From positions 64,001-128,000 of the forward strand of contig JBBRNJ010000003.1 of the NCBI GenBank assembly GCA_038230375.1: 64,000 bases of DNA. Reading direction: 5' to 3'. This DNA is from Polyangiales bacterium (GTDB taxonomy: Bacteria; Myxococcota_A; Polyangia; Polyangiales; Polyangiaceae). This document shows positions 33,825 to 43,808 of the stretch, one piece after another. Both the position numbers and the translations under genes were made by a program. Position 1 is the first letter of the stretch. Each line of letters opens with the position of its first letter. The notes below the pieces were generated by a model. That model saw only the letters and a program-made list of their open reading frames with translations. It was not told where the DNA came from and searched no databases.

Positions 33825-34604
33825 ATGTTCTACGTCCTCTCCAAGATCTTCGACGTCTTCTTGATGCCGCTCTCGTGGGCGGTCGTCCTGATCGCATACG
33901 GAGCTCCCCTGACGCGGCGCGCGCTGCGAAAGAGGCGCGTTCGTCCGCTTGCGTGCCTGCTCGGGCTCCTCATCCTGGTCGTGTTCTCGCTGGAGCCTAC
34001 CGCGAATGCGCTGTTCGGCGGGCTGGAGGCGAAGGCCGTCCGAACCATGGACCCCGCAAAGCACTACGACGCGGTGATCTTGCTCGGCGGGCTCGTCGAC
34101 GAGAAGGCCATGGAGAAGAGCGGCTCGCTCTCCATCAACGACAACAACGAGCGCCTGTTCGGCACGCTCGCGATCATGCGCGAGGGCAGGGCGGACTACG
34201 CGATCATCAGCGGCGCGCCCGTGGACCCGAAGACGCCGTACGCGGAGGCGCAGGTGCTCGCAGACCAGCTGGTCCTGCTCGGTGTGCCCAGGGACAAGGT
34301 GATCGTCGAGGACAAGGCGATGAACACGCGCGAGAACGCCACGTATTCGGCCGAGATCGCGAAGGCCCGCGGGTTCTCGAAGGTGCTCATCGTGACGTCT
34401 GCATTCCACATGCATCGCGCCCTTGCCTGCTACGAGAAGGCCGGAATGAAGGTGGATACGCTGCCCGTGGATTTCCGTACCTACAATCCGGACACGGCGT
34501 CTGGCTCCTGGCTCCCACGGGCCTCCCACCTGGAGCGCTCCACCGCGGCGATCCGCGAATGGTCGGGCTTCTACGTCTACCGTGCGCGCGGCTACGTCGA
34601 TTGA
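33825..34604 (+). CDS. YdcF/ElyC (DUF218) family protein
   Basis: N-terminal TMs, AVILLGG, IISG, EDKAMNTRENA, VTSAFHMHRA. Confidence 0.9.
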   Translation: MFYVLSKIFDVFLMPLSWAVVLIAYGAPLTRRALRKRRVRPLACLLGLLILVVFSLEPTANALFGGLEAKAVRTMDPAKHYDAVILLGGLVDEKAMEKSGSLSINDNNERLFGTLAIMREGRADYAIISGAPVDPKTPYAEAQVLADQLVLLGVPRDKVIVEDKAMNTRENATYSAEIAKARGFSKVLIVTSAFHMHRALACYEKAGMKVDTLPVDFRTYNPDTASGSWLPRASHLERSTAAIREWSGFYVYRARGYVD

Positions 34605-34608
34605 TAGG

Positions 34609-35283
34609 ATGTTCAGAGTCGACATGCTGAACATGCAGCTCTCTTCGCTCGCCGTATCCGCGCTGCTCCTGATCGCAGCGCTCCCCCGGGCGTGCGATCG
34701 CAAGATAGGCGAGGACGAGTACGGCAATCCTACGAAGCCCACCGCGGCACCGTTGCCGAACCTCACGCCTGCGCCGCCGATCTCCGGCACGCCGCTCTCC
34801 GCGTTCCTGCCCGACGGCGGCAGCGCTGGCGACATGCTCGTGCAGGCCAGGCAGTACGAGTCCCATGGGCAGTACTGGCTTGCGCGTCTGTCGATAGAGT
34901 CGCTGGCACTCGCGGACGACGGTACGCAGGAAGAGGTGCTCCTGCTTGCGCGCGTCTGCGACCAGCAAGAAGACGACGCGTGCCTCGAGCGCTGCAACCA
35001 GAAGCTGCCGAAGAACCTGCAGACGCCGATCAAGAAGCGCGACGGTGGTCGGAGCATCTCCATCGCGCCGCCCCGTCCGGACGACAACTCGGACTTCGCG
35101 CGCGCGCAGAAGCTCATTCTCGCGAACAAGCCGAAGGAGGCGCGTGCGATCCTGGAGCCCAAGGTCCTGGATGGGAAGTCCAGCCCGGAAGAGACCCGGC
35201 TGCTGCGCGAGGCATGCAAGGCCCAGGGCGACAAGATGTGCATCGCGGTGTGCAACGCGAAGCTCCCGGCAGGCCAGCGATGA
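34609..35283 (+). CDS. Hypothetical exported protein with TPR-like helices
   Basis: Hydrophobic N-terminus with PRAC; two similar helical Cys-containing repeats; start uncertain. Confidence 0.65.
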   Translation: MFRVDMLNMQLSSLAVSALLLIAALPRACDRKIGEDEYGNPTKPTAAPLPNLTPAPPISGTPLSAFLPDGGSAGDMLVQARQYESHGQYWLARLSIESLALADDGTQEEVLLLARVCDQQEDDACLERCNQKLPKNLQTPIKKRDGGRSISIAPPRPDDNSDFARAQKLILANKPKEARAILEPKVLDGKSSPEETRLLREACKAQGDKMCIAVCNAKLPAGQR

Positions 35284-36251
35284 CCATCTCGCGCCGCAAC
35301 CTTCTTGTCGGGGCTGCGGTCGCGGGCGGCGGCGGCCTCCTGCTCTCGCGCGGTGGCGCAGGCACCAGCGCTGTCACCGGTGTCGCATCGCAGCCGCTCG
35401 TGCTCGCAAGCGGTCGCGACGTTCGCACCATCGTGAGCGCGGCACCAACGGTCGAGGGCGCGGGCGTTCATCTCAGTCGAGCGATCGGCGGTCGCGCACT
35501 GCCCCTGCTCGACCCGTTCCTCTTGCTCGACACGTGGAAGAGCGACGACCCCGACGACTACGCCGCGGGATTTCCGAGCCACCCGCATCGGGGCTTCGAG
35601 ACCGTCACGTACATGATCGACGGCACCATGGAGCATCGCGACAGCAAGGGAAATCAGGGCCGCCTTGGGCCGCTGTCCGCGCAGTGGATGACCGCAGGTC
35701 ATGGCATCGTGCACTCGGAGATGCCAAAGCAGGAGCGCGGGCTCATGTGGGGCTTCCAGCTGTGGGTGAACCTCCCGCAGCGCTCGAAGATGGTGAAGCC
35801 GCGCTACCAGGACATCGCCGCAGCGCGAATCCCGGAGGTCGTCCGTGATCGCGCCCGCGTGCGCGTGGTCGCGGGCCACGCATTCGACGTGGACGGTCCC
35901 GTCAGCGGCATCGAGGTCGCGCCCACCTTCCTGGATCTCACGCTCGAGCACGGCGCGGACGTGACCCATCCCGTGCCGAGCGGCCACACAGCGTTCGTCT
36001 TCGTCACGGACGGCGCCGCGCGCATCGGCGAAGCGAACCGCGAGGTTCGTCAGGGTCAGCTTGCGGTCCTTGGCGACGGTGACGCCATCCGCATACGCTG
36101 CGACGCCACGAGCGCCCGCCTGGTGCTCATCGCCGGTCGCCCCGTGAACGAGCCCGTCGCCCGCGGTGGCCCCTTCGTGATGAACACGGACGACGAGATC
36201 AAGAAGGCGTGGGCCGACTACAAAGCCGGAACGCTGACCGACGAGAGCTAG
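35280..36251 (+). CDS. Pirin family protein with N-terminal twin-arginine-like signal
   Basis: MTISRRNLL; DPFLLLD, HPHRGFETVTY, GIVHSEMP, QLWVNLP, GPFVMN. Confidence 0.93.
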   Translation: MTISRRNLLVGAAVAGGGGLLLSRGGAGTSAVTGVASQPLVLASGRDVRTIVSAAPTVEGAGVHLSRAIGGRALPLLDPFLLLDTWKSDDPDDYAAGFPSHPHRGFETVTYMIDGTMEHRDSKGNQGRLGPLSAQWMTAGHGIVHSEMPKQERGLMWGFQLWVNLPQRSKMVKPRYQDIAAARIPEVVRDRARVRVVAGHAFDVDGPVSGIEVAPTFLDLTLEHGADVTHPVPSGHTAFVFVTDGAARIGEANREVRQGQLAVLGDGDAIRIRCDATSARLVLIAGRPVNEPVARGGPFVMNTDDEIKKAWADYKAGTLTDES

Positions 36252-36278
36252 CTCGCCTGGTTCAGGCGGATGATCCGC

Positions 36279-37061
36279 TCACTGCTCGAAGCAATAGAGC
36301 CGAAGGTCGTAGTCGCACGTTCTCTGTCCCCACTGGGACCACTGCGTGTTGCCCTGGTAGCTACCCACGTTGGCGCTCGTGGTGACAGCCGAAGACGTCC
36401 AGTCATTGCATCGGTCAGCGACCTTGATGCCCATCGTGTCCGCTCCCGTCCACACCCATTGCTGGTTGTAGAAGGAGTCGTCCGTTCCGCGCTCGTCGCA
36501 GTTGATCGAGCCAAGCGATGCCGTCTGCAGCTGCGCGCGGTTCTTGAATGCGACGAACGTTCCAAACGAGCAGACGTTCACCCAGGGGCCGTTGCCGGGG
36601 ACACGATCGATCGCGTCGGTCGAGCTGTCCGAGAGGTACGCGACCCACGTGCCGCCGACGCTCGACGCTTGCGCCAGGAGGTTGCAGATCTTGTCGGCCG
36701 CCGCGAGGCCGGTCGCGGCGTGGGCCGCAGACACCAGGTCTCCCTTGTACCACTGCGACGTGATGAACACGCGCTTTGCCCCGCCTGCGTCGTGGCCGCT
36801 GCCGGCGTCCGCCAAGGTGCCAGTGCCGGCGTCGTGTGCGGGCTTGCCGCCGTCCACCGGGTTCGCTGACTCTCCTGCGTCGATCGCGCCAGCACTACCA
36901 GCAGCGCCGCCATCAGCATGTGCGGCGTTCGTGCCGCTCGGATCGGTGCCCGCTCCGCTGCCCTGCGCGATATCGGTGGCCCCGCCGCCGGAGCAGGCGC
37001 TCACCATGCAAGCCTGGAGGAAGAGCACCGGGATGAGTGAGCGTGAAATGAAGGGCGTCAT
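36279..37061 (-). CDS. DUF1554/endostatin-like lipoprotein
   Basis: VSAC lipobox; RVFITS..Y.GDL, GLAAADKIC, VWTG, CNDWTS, LYCFEQ. Confidence 0.8.
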   Translation of the reverse strand: MTPFISRSLIPVLFLQACMVSACSGGGATDIAQGSGAGTDPSGTNAAHADGGAAGSAGAIDAGESANPVDGGKPAHDAGTGTLADAGSGHDAGGAKRVFITSQWYKGDLVSAAHAATGLAAADKICNLLAQASSVGGTWVAYLSDSSTDAIDRVPGNGPWVNVCSFGTFVAFKNRAQLQTASLGSINCDERGTDDSFYNQQWVWTGADTMGIKVADRCNDWTSSAVTTSANVGSYQGNTQWSQWGQRTCDYDLRLYCFEQ

Positions 37062-37099
37062 GGGGGTCTCGCTCTACCCCCCGGGCTCGCGCACGCAAC

Positions 37100-37135
37100 G
37101 GACGCCAGGCGCCAAAACCGGGACGCCGAGCGCCA
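37100..37135. promoter_or_regulatory. Tandem direct repeats, probable AraC-family binding site
   Basis: GGACGCCAGGCGCCA (37100) and GGACGCCGAGCGCCA (37121), 21-bp phasing. Confidence 0.55.
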
Positions 37136-37143
37136 CCCCTTGT

Positions 37144-38214
37144 CTAGGGTCCGCCCCGATCGCGCCGCCACGCCACGGGCGCCACGCCCGTCCAGCGTCC
37201 AAACGCGCGTGCGAATGCGCGACCGTCTGCATAGCCGAGCAGCGCCGCGATCTCGGAGACTGTCAGCCCGCGCTCCGTGAGGTGCCTCTCCGCAAGCGAC
37301 CGTCGGACCGCGTCGACCATCTCTGCGAAGGAACGCCCGTGCTCCCCGAGCCTCCGCTGCATCGTGCGCGGGCTGATCGCCAGCTCCTTGGCCACGCCCG
37401 CGAGCGGCGGGGCGCCGCCCGGAAGGCTTCGCGCGATCGCGGCCTCGACGCCGGTCACGAATGGATCTCCCCCTGGGGCAGTCGGCGGAAGGAGCGACTC
37501 TGCGTAGGCCACGAGAGCGCTGTGGGTTGGTGCATCGGCCGAGACGACCTTCATGCGCGCCACGTCGAGCGGCAGTGAGAAGCCGTTCTCCTCCGCGCCG
37601 AACCTGATGTCCGCTGCAGCGAACCGTCGGCGCACCGAGCTGTCGTCCGCGGGCGCAGCGTGCAAGAACCACAGCGCTCGCGGGGTGAGCTCCTTGCCCA
37701 CGAGCTCCCCGACGAAGCGGAGCAAGCGCGCGACCACGAACTCGTTGCTGTGGCGACCGATGAAAGGCCTCGCAGCGGAGGGCACGCGGTACGCGCACCT
37801 GACCTCGTCCGGGGCGTGCGTCCACGCGATGCGCTGATGTGGTGGGATGAGCCGCGAGTAGCGATCGGTGCGCTTCATCGCTTCGTCGACCGTGCTTGCG
37901 AAGCGCGCGGCGAGCTCACCGACGCCCCACAGGCCGCGTGGTGCGTGCGCCGCCACGCCGATCGCGATGTGCGGCTCGTCGAGCAGTAGCGACAGCTCCT
38001 CGGCCACCAGATCCACCTGTCCCAGGCGCGCCGTGACCGCGGCCGCCGTGACGAACGGAATGGAGTGCCGCTCCGCGAGCGCCCTTGCGTCCACTCCGCG
38101 GCTCTGCGCGTACGACAGCAGCAGCGGAAGGAAGAGGCTGGCAAATGAGCCCTGTGGGTCGCTCGTGGGCGGCGCCGCTGCGACCACCTCGTCACTTCGG
38201 GTGCTCGAGGCCAT
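37144..38214 (-). CDS. AraC-family transcriptional regulator (Arabinose_bd_2/OruR type)
   Basis: VAKELAISPRTMQRRL, EIAALLGYADGRAFARAFGRWTG. Confidence 0.92.
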   Translation of the reverse strand: MASSTRSDEVVAAAPPTSDPQGSFASLFLPLLLSYAQSRGVDARALAERHSIPFVTAAAVTARLGQVDLVAEELSLLLDEPHIAIGVAAHAPRGLWGVGELAARFASTVDEAMKRTDRYSRLIPPHQRIAWTHAPDEVRCAYRVPSAARPFIGRHSNEFVVARLLRFVGELVGKELTPRALWFLHAAPADDSSVRRRFAAADIRFGAEENGFSLPLDVARMKVVSADAPTHSALVAYAESLLPPTAPGGDPFVTGVEAAIARSLPGGAPPLAGVAKELAISPRTMQRRLGEHGRSFAEMVDAVRRSLAERHLTERGLTVSEIAALLGYADGRAFARAFGRWTGVAPVAWRRDRGGP

Positions 38215-38273
38215 CGCCGACCAACGTACCACCGCCGCAACCAGATCGCGCCTGCGGCATCCAAGGTTCTCCT

Positions 38274-39521
38274 GTGGGTAAAGACATCGCGACAGCGCCC
38301 GTGAAAGAGACCTTCACGCGCTACCAGGTCTTCGTCGTCGCGCTTCTGGCGTTTCTGCAGTTCACCGTGGTTCTCGACTTCATGATCCTGGCGCCGCTGG
38401 GAGCCGTACTCATGGGTGAGCTGTCGATCACGCCGGCGCAGTTCGGGGCGGTCGTGTCGGCATATGCATTCAGCGCGGGCGCCTCGGGCCTTCTGGCCGC
38501 GGGCTTTGCTGACCGCTTTGACCGTCGTCGTTTCCTCCTCTTCTTCTATGTCGGCTTCGTTGCTGGCACATTCTTCTGCGGCATCGCGCCCACCTATTCG
38601 CTGCTGCTCGTCGCGCGGATCGTCACCGGCGTCTTCGGTGGGGTGATCGGCTCGATCAGCTTCGCGATCGTCGCTGATCTGTTCCCCCTCTCGATGCGCG
38701 GTCGCGTCGCGGGGCTGGTGCAGGCGTCGTTTGCGGGCGCGCAGGTCCTTGGCCTCCCGATCGGGCTCTACCTTGCGACCCGCTGGGGCTGGCATGCGCC
38801 GTTCATGATGATCGTGGGCGTCGCGACCGCCGCCGGCATTGCGATCGTCGTGGTGCTGAAGCCGATCACCGGACACCTTGAAGCGGCGAAGGCCACGGGG
38901 CGAAACCCCGTTCAGCACCTCGTGAAGACCGCGACGCGCCCGCGCTACATCGCGGGCTTCGCGGCGACCATGCTGCTTTCGACTGGCGGCTTCATGCTCA
39001 TGCCGTTCGGCAGCACGTTCGTCGTGCAAAATCTCGGCGTCCCCATCTCGAAGCTGCCAATGCTCTACGTGATCACGGGCGCCTTCTCGATGGTGACGGG
39101 CCCGCTGATAGGGCGGCTCTCGGACTCGCTCGGCAAGTACCGCACCTTCGTCGCCGGGACGATCGTCAGCGTGACGATGATGATCTGGTACACACGGCTC
39201 GTCTCGGCCTCGTTCGCCTGGATCGTCTTCCTCAACGTGCTGCTCTTCATCGGCATCTCTGGTCGCATGGTCTCGTCCTTCGCCCTGAGCAGCGCGCTAC
39301 CCGACCCGCCCGATCGTGGCGCGTACATGGCGATCAACTCGTCGCTTCAGCAACTCTCGGGCGGCGTCGCCGCATGGATCGCCGGGCTCATCATCTTCCA
39401 GGCGAACCCTACGTCGAAGCTGGTGGGCTATCCGACGCTCGGCCTGGTCGCCGCCAGTGCGAGCGCGGTCACGGTTGTCCTCATGTACAACGTGCACCGC
39501 CTTGTCACGAAGCGCAGCTGA
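38274..39521 (+). CDS. MFS transporter
   Basis: About 12 TMs; motif A ADRFDRR; GRLSDSLGK. Confidence 0.92.
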   Translation: MGKDIATAPVKETFTRYQVFVVALLAFLQFTVVLDFMILAPLGAVLMGELSITPAQFGAVVSAYAFSAGASGLLAAGFADRFDRRRFLLFFYVGFVAGTFFCGIAPTYSLLLVARIVTGVFGGVIGSISFAIVADLFPLSMRGRVAGLVQASFAGAQVLGLPIGLYLATRWGWHAPFMMIVGVATAAGIAIVVVLKPITGHLEAAKATGRNPVQHLVKTATRPRYIAGFAATMLLSTGGFMLMPFGSTFVVQNLGVPISKLPMLYVITGAFSMVTGPLIGRLSDSLGKYRTFVAGTIVSVTMMIWYTRLVSASFAWIVFLNVLLFIGISGRMVSSFALSSALPDPPDRGAYMAINSSLQQLSGGVAAWIAGLIIFQANPTSKLVGYPTLGLVAASASAVTVVLMYNVHRLVTKRS

Positions 39522-39583
39522 CCCAGCTGTGTCGCGGACAGCCCCGCTTCCGTCAGTCGAGGCGCGCGTCCATAGCAAGGCGT

Positions 39584-40627
39584 ATGCTGCTGGCTGCTTT
39601 GGCGCCCCCGCGATTCACCGTGACCCTCTTGCTCGTCGCTGCTGCGATCGCAGCATGCGCTCCGAGCCCGCCGTCTGCGCCACCAAGGCCGCTGTCATCC
39701 GGTGCTGGCGTGCCGGCCGTGTCCATCGTGTCCACGTTCGATCTTCCGGCGGCCGACGCGCGCGGGCGTGAGCTCTCGGGCATTGTTTGGGATGACCAGG
39801 CTCACGTGCTGTTCGCCGTATCCGATTCGTTTCCACGCATCGTTCCGCTGCGCCCGACCCCGGGCTTCGACGCCTGGGCGTTCGGCGAGCCACTCCCCGT
39901 GAGCATCGGCGCTTCGTGGGACGGAGAGGGCATCGCCCTCGCGCCAACAGCGTTCTTCCTTGCGAACGAGCGCGGGCCGCATATCTACGAGCTTGATCGC
40001 GCAGGCTTGCTCCGCCGCGAGCTGCCGCTTTCGTCCGGCTTCGGAGACTGCATTCCGAACAAGTGTATCGAGTCGCTCGCGCTCTCGCCCGACGGACGAT
40101 TCCTCTTCTATGCGAACGAAAGCGCGCTTTCGAACGATGGTCCCCAGCCCACCGCCGCCACGGGCACAACGGTGCGGCTGGTCCGCCACGATCTTGCGAG
40201 CGGGCACGACACGGTGTGGGCGTACGAGACCGAGCCTATCTTCTCCAGTGCAGGCGGCGGCGACATGGGCGTGAGCGAGATCGCGGCGCTGTCTTGCACG
40301 TCGCTCCTGGTGCTGGAGCGCTCGTATGTCCCAGGCCACGGCGCATCCGCGCGCATCTTCAAGGTGACGCTCCGCGACGACGACGCGCAGGGAGCACGAG
40401 CCTTTGCATCATGCACCTCCGTGAAGAAGGTGCTCCTCGCCGAGGTCGGGATGCTGCTGCGCGTGGCCCCGCACGGAGATCCCCCGCCCCAGCCCAACTA
40501 CGAGGGGATGGCGCTCGGGCCTTCGGTCGGCACGGGCCGCCTCTTGTTCCTGATCAGCGACGACAACGCGAACCCGGACCTACCCGCGCGCATCCTGACG
40601 CTGAGGCTGGGCGCCGACCCGCCGTGA
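39584..40627 (+). CDS. Esterase-like activity of phytase family lipoprotein
   Basis: IAAC lipobox; ELSGIVWD, WDGEGIA, NKCIESLA, LLVLERS, NYEGMA, LISDDN. Confidence 0.8.
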   Translation: MLLAALAPPRFTVTLLLVAAAIAACAPSPPSAPPRPLSSGAGVPAVSIVSTFDLPAADARGRELSGIVWDDQAHVLFAVSDSFPRIVPLRPTPGFDAWAFGEPLPVSIGASWDGEGIALAPTAFFLANERGPHIYELDRAGLLRRELPLSSGFGDCIPNKCIESLALSPDGRFLFYANESALSNDGPQPTAATGTTVRLVRHDLASGHDTVWAYETEPIFSSAGGGDMGVSEIAALSCTSLLVLERSYVPGHGASARIFKVTLRDDDAQGARAFASCTSVKKVLLAEVGMLLRVAPHGDPPPQPNYEGMALGPSVGTGRLLFLISDDNANPDLPARILTLRLGADPP

Positions 40628-40644
40628 GGCTCCGTCCGCTCCCG

Positions 40645-41976
40645 CTACCCTCTCTCCATCGCGAACGCCGACCTGAGATCCGTCAGTCTCTGCGACAGCG
40701 CCTCGTTGTCTGGCTCTTCTTTCAGTGCGATCTCCATCTCGTACCGTGCGTCCGCCTCACGCCCATCCATCAGCAGCGCCTTCACGTACGTTACTTGCGT
40801 CGCCGTCGTGCTGCCCGCATACGCACGCAGACGCTCTGCCGCGTACACGCCCAGCTTGGTGTCGCCGGACGCGGCGGACGCATCCAGCAGCATGTCCACG
40901 TACTCCGGTGAGTCGGGGCTCAGGTTCACGGCGAGCCGCCACGCATACGCCGAAGACTCTTGCGTTGCGTCGCGCGCGAGCGCGAGCATCGCGTGCGCAG
41001 TGGCCTCCGTTGGGTCGAGCTTGATCGCGAGCTCCGCCATCGCCTTTGCGTCGTCGTAGCTCTTCGTCAGGAGCGCAATGCGCGACAGCCCGATGCACGG
41101 TCGCGGATCTTCCGGCGCCAGCGCGCGCGCGTCGAACAGGTTCTTGCAAGCACCGTCGCCATCGCCCATGTTGATGCAGGTCTCTGCGGCCCCCAGCAGC
41201 GCCTCGAGCACCACGTACGGGTTCTCGCTCTGCTTGGCCGCTTCATAGAGCGGGAGCGCCGACTTCGGCTGTTGTGAACGCGTGGCGGCGACGAGCGACG
41301 CTACCGCAGGATCGTCCACGTACTCCGCCGTGCACGCCAGAAATGTCCCCGTGGAGTGCCACGTGACGACCCGATATCCGGTGGCCGCAAGGAGCGACGC
41401 AAGGCCACGCTGCGAGAACGCTCGGCGAACCGGCGCCCGCAGGCATTGCTCCGGTTGCGCGGCCTGCTCGGCCACGAAGATCACGCTGCCCGCATGGAGC
41501 CGCTCGTGCACCGCAGCGAGCGCATCGAACGGCGCAACCATCTGCCCCAGCACGTCCACGAAGACAGCTGCGTCGAGCGCAAGCGCGGGCAGCCCGCGTC
41601 CCGCGTCCGCGTTCGATAGCTGCGCGCTGCCCGCGAAATGGCGCGCGAACGCCACCGCCTCCGCGCTTTCGTCCAGGCCCACCACCTTGCGACCGCGCTG
41701 CGTCAGGAGGCGCGTTCCAAGGCCTGCGCCGCAGCCCACGTCCAGCACGCACCCGTTCTCCGGCAGCTCTTCGCCGGCCAGCTTGTAGAAGGGCAGCGTT
41801 GGCGGCGCCTCACTCGGCAGGCCCGGATAAGCGCGCACGCGACCCGCGCGCACCCGCACGGTCTCTCCGTTTTCGAACGTCGCCTTTCGGTCTGGCGCCG
41901 TGGAGGTGCGCGCGTAGGTGACGCGAATCTGAACGTCCTCGTAGGGCCCGCTTTCCGTCGCTTCAGCGCTTTGCAT
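40645..41976 (-). CDS. Class I SAM-dependent methyltransferase with TPR repeats
   Basis: VLDVGCGAG, VVGLD; TPR-like ARALAPED, AIKLDPT, AVNLSPD; overlaps the fliS 3' end by 14 bp. Confidence 0.82.
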   Translation of the reverse strand: MQSAEATESGPYEDVQIRVTYARTSTAPDRKATFENGETVRVRAGRVRAYPGLPSEAPPTLPFYKLAGEELPENGCVLDVGCGAGLGTRLLTQRGRKVVGLDESAEAVAFARHFAGSAQLSNADAGRGLPALALDAAVFVDVLGQMVAPFDALAAVHERLHAGSVIFVAEQAAQPEQCLRAPVRRAFSQRGLASLLAATGYRVVTWHSTGTFLACTAEYVDDPAVASLVAATRSQQPKSALPLYEAAKQSENPYVVLEALLGAAETCINMGDGDGACKNLFDARALAPEDPRPCIGLSRIALLTKSYDDAKAMAELAIKLDPTEATAHAMLALARDATQESSAYAWRLAVNLSPDSPEYVDMLLDASAASGDTKLGVYAAERLRAYAGSTTATQVTYVKALLMDGREADARYEMEIALKEEPDNEALSQRLTDLRSAFAMERG

Positions 41977-42385
41977 GGGAGGCCTCTCGGAGCGTGTCGA
42001 GCTCCTGCGGACTGATGTTCTTCACCACATGCGCGAACCCTTCGCGGATCGGCGTGAGCACGCGGATGACGTCGTCGATCGCCGCGGCGTCGTTCTTCAT
42101 GTTCGCATGCGTGATCCTGCCAAGGCAGTACTCGTACACGCGCGACAGGTTGTCGACGAGCTCCGGGTAGTGGGCTCTGTCCAGGTTCGCATAGAGCTCG
42201 CTCACGATCGCGTGCGCCTTCGACAGCGCCTCACCCGCTTGTCCGCGCTTCGTCGGCTGCGGCAGTGTGTGCTTGGCGACCAGCAAGAAGCGAAAGAGCC
42301 CATCGAACAGCGCGACCAGAACTTCACCCGGGTTTGCCGTCGTGATCTGAACGAGCTTGTACTGTTCCGAGGTCGAGGATTGCAC
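41963..42385 (-). CDS. fliS: Flagellin export chaperone FliS
   Basis: YKLVQITTANPGEVLVALFDG, LSKAHAIVSEL, NLSRVYEY, IREGF; follows fliD. Confidence 0.9.
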   Translation of the reverse strand: MQSSTSEQYKLVQITTANPGEVLVALFDGLFRFLLVAKHTLPQPTKRGQAGEALSKAHAIVSELYANLDRAHYPELVDNLSRVYEYCLGRITHANMKNDAAAIDDVIRVLTPIREGFAHVVKNISPQELDTLREASHAKR

Positions 42386-42412
42386 GTGCCGCCTTTGGTC
42401 TGTTTGAACGAG

Positions 42413-43750
42413 CTAGAGCTTCGAGACTTGCGCGAGGAGGCTCTGGTTCTGCGAGTAGGTCGTTTCCATCGCCGAGAACTGCGCCCGGAGTTGTGTTCGA
42501 TACTTGTCCAGACGGTCTTGCTCGCGTGTCGCCGCGTCGTCCGTTCGCTTCTTCGCCGCGGTGAACGAGGTTGTCTTGTTGGCAAGCAGACCGCCGGAGC
42601 CAGTGATGGTGGTCACCGTGTCGTTCAGGTTTGCAAGCAGGCCGCCCGTGGCCTGCGAATGCATGCGCCCGAGCAGCTTCTGGACGGACAGCGGATCCGT
42701 GGAGAACTTCGACGTGAGCTTGCTCGAGTCGAGCGCGAGTGTTCCATCGCGCTGGAGCGTGAGGCCGATGTCCGCGAGTGATGTGAGCGAGCCGCTCTGC
42801 GACGAAGTGGCCTGCATCGCGCTGGCGATCTTGCTGGCCACCGTCCGCAGCGTGGAGTCACCCGAGAGGATCGGGTTCGTGGCCTTCTGGTCGCCATACC
42901 CGGTGGCCTTGTGGATCATCCCGATCACGTCGTTGTACGCCGTCACCACCGCGTTGAGCTTTGTTACCAGGCCACCCGCGTCGCTCGCCACCGAGATGCT
43001 CACCGGCGACGCCGTGATGTCCGTGACGGTGAGCGACAGCCCGTTGACTGCACCGGTGATCTGGTTGGTCGGCCTTGTGACCGTGAAACCGTCCACCGTG
43101 AGTGAAGCGTCCGTGGCGGCTTGCACGGTGATGCCGGATGAGGGTGTCGTGCCTGTTCCGTTCAGATCCAGGGCGGTCCCCGATTCCGTGAACGTGAGCC
43201 CATTCGACGCACCCGTAGAGAGGCCGCGGATCTGGAGCCGCGACGTGGTGCCGTCGTTGAAGATGCTTGCGGAGACCTGGAGACCGGCGTCGTTGATCTT
43301 GGAGACCACGCTCTGGAGCGAGTCAGTCGCGAGCACGTTGACGGTCTTCGCGGTGCCGGTGCCCACGGCTATCGTGAACGAGCCTGCCTGGCCCAGCGCG
43401 GCCGTGTCCGACGCGAACGATGCGGAGTACGTGCGCTGTGCCGCCGCGAGCGCGTTGACCTTCACCGAGTACGCCCCGGGCTGCGCTGAGCTGGTCGTGG
43501 TCACGCCGATGCTCGTGCTGGACGAGGTCGCCGTGAAGCTTCCGTTCGCCGTCGCATCGTCGAGCGCCTTGGCCGCGGTGGCCAGCGCCGCCAGAGAAGT
43601 CCCCACGGCGGACACGGTGGTGTTCGCGTCCGCCGTCTGGGATGACTTCTTCTGGAGCTGGTTCAGCTGTCCGCTGTCGGCGGAGATGAGCTGAGTGACG
43701 ATGCTCTGGGTGTCGATGCCTGAAGCGAGGCCGCTGAGTGTGACGGGCAT
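42413..43750 (-). CDS. fliD: Flagellar filament cap protein FliD
   Basis: GLASGIDTQSIV, GAYSVKVNALA.AQ, LSGDSTLR, LADIGL...DGTLALD, QFSAME. Confidence 0.93.
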   Translation of the reverse strand: MPVTLSGLASGIDTQSIVTQLISADSGQLNQLQKKSSQTADANTTVSAVGTSLAALATAAKALDDATANGSFTATSSSTSIGVTTTSSAQPGAYSVKVNALAAAQRTYSASFASDTAALGQAGSFTIAVGTGTAKTVNVLATDSLQSVVSKINDAGLQVSASIFNDGTTSRLQIRGLSTGASNGLTFTESGTALDLNGTGTTPSSGITVQAATDASLTVDGFTVTRPTNQITGAVNGLSLTVTDITASPVSISVASDAGGLVTKLNAVVTAYNDVIGMIHKATGYGDQKATNPILSGDSTLRTVASKIASAMQATSSQSGSLTSLADIGLTLQRDGTLALDSSKLTSKFSTDPLSVQKLLGRMHSQATGGLLANLNDTVTTITGSGGLLANKTTSFTAAKKRTDDAATREQDRLDKYRTQLRAQFSAMETTYSQNQSLLAQVSKL

Positions 43751-43771
43751 GTTCTACTGTCTCCCAATCAG

Positions 43772-43787
43772 AGCAACGGCCGTGCCG
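43772..43787 (-). promoter_or_regulatory. sigma54 promoter for fliD-fliS-methyltransferase
   Basis: Minus strand CGGCACG-GCCG-TTGCT, 21 bp upstream of the fliD ATG. Confidence 0.75.
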
Positions 43788-43808
43788 CGGGGATCACTGC
43801 GAGAAGGT

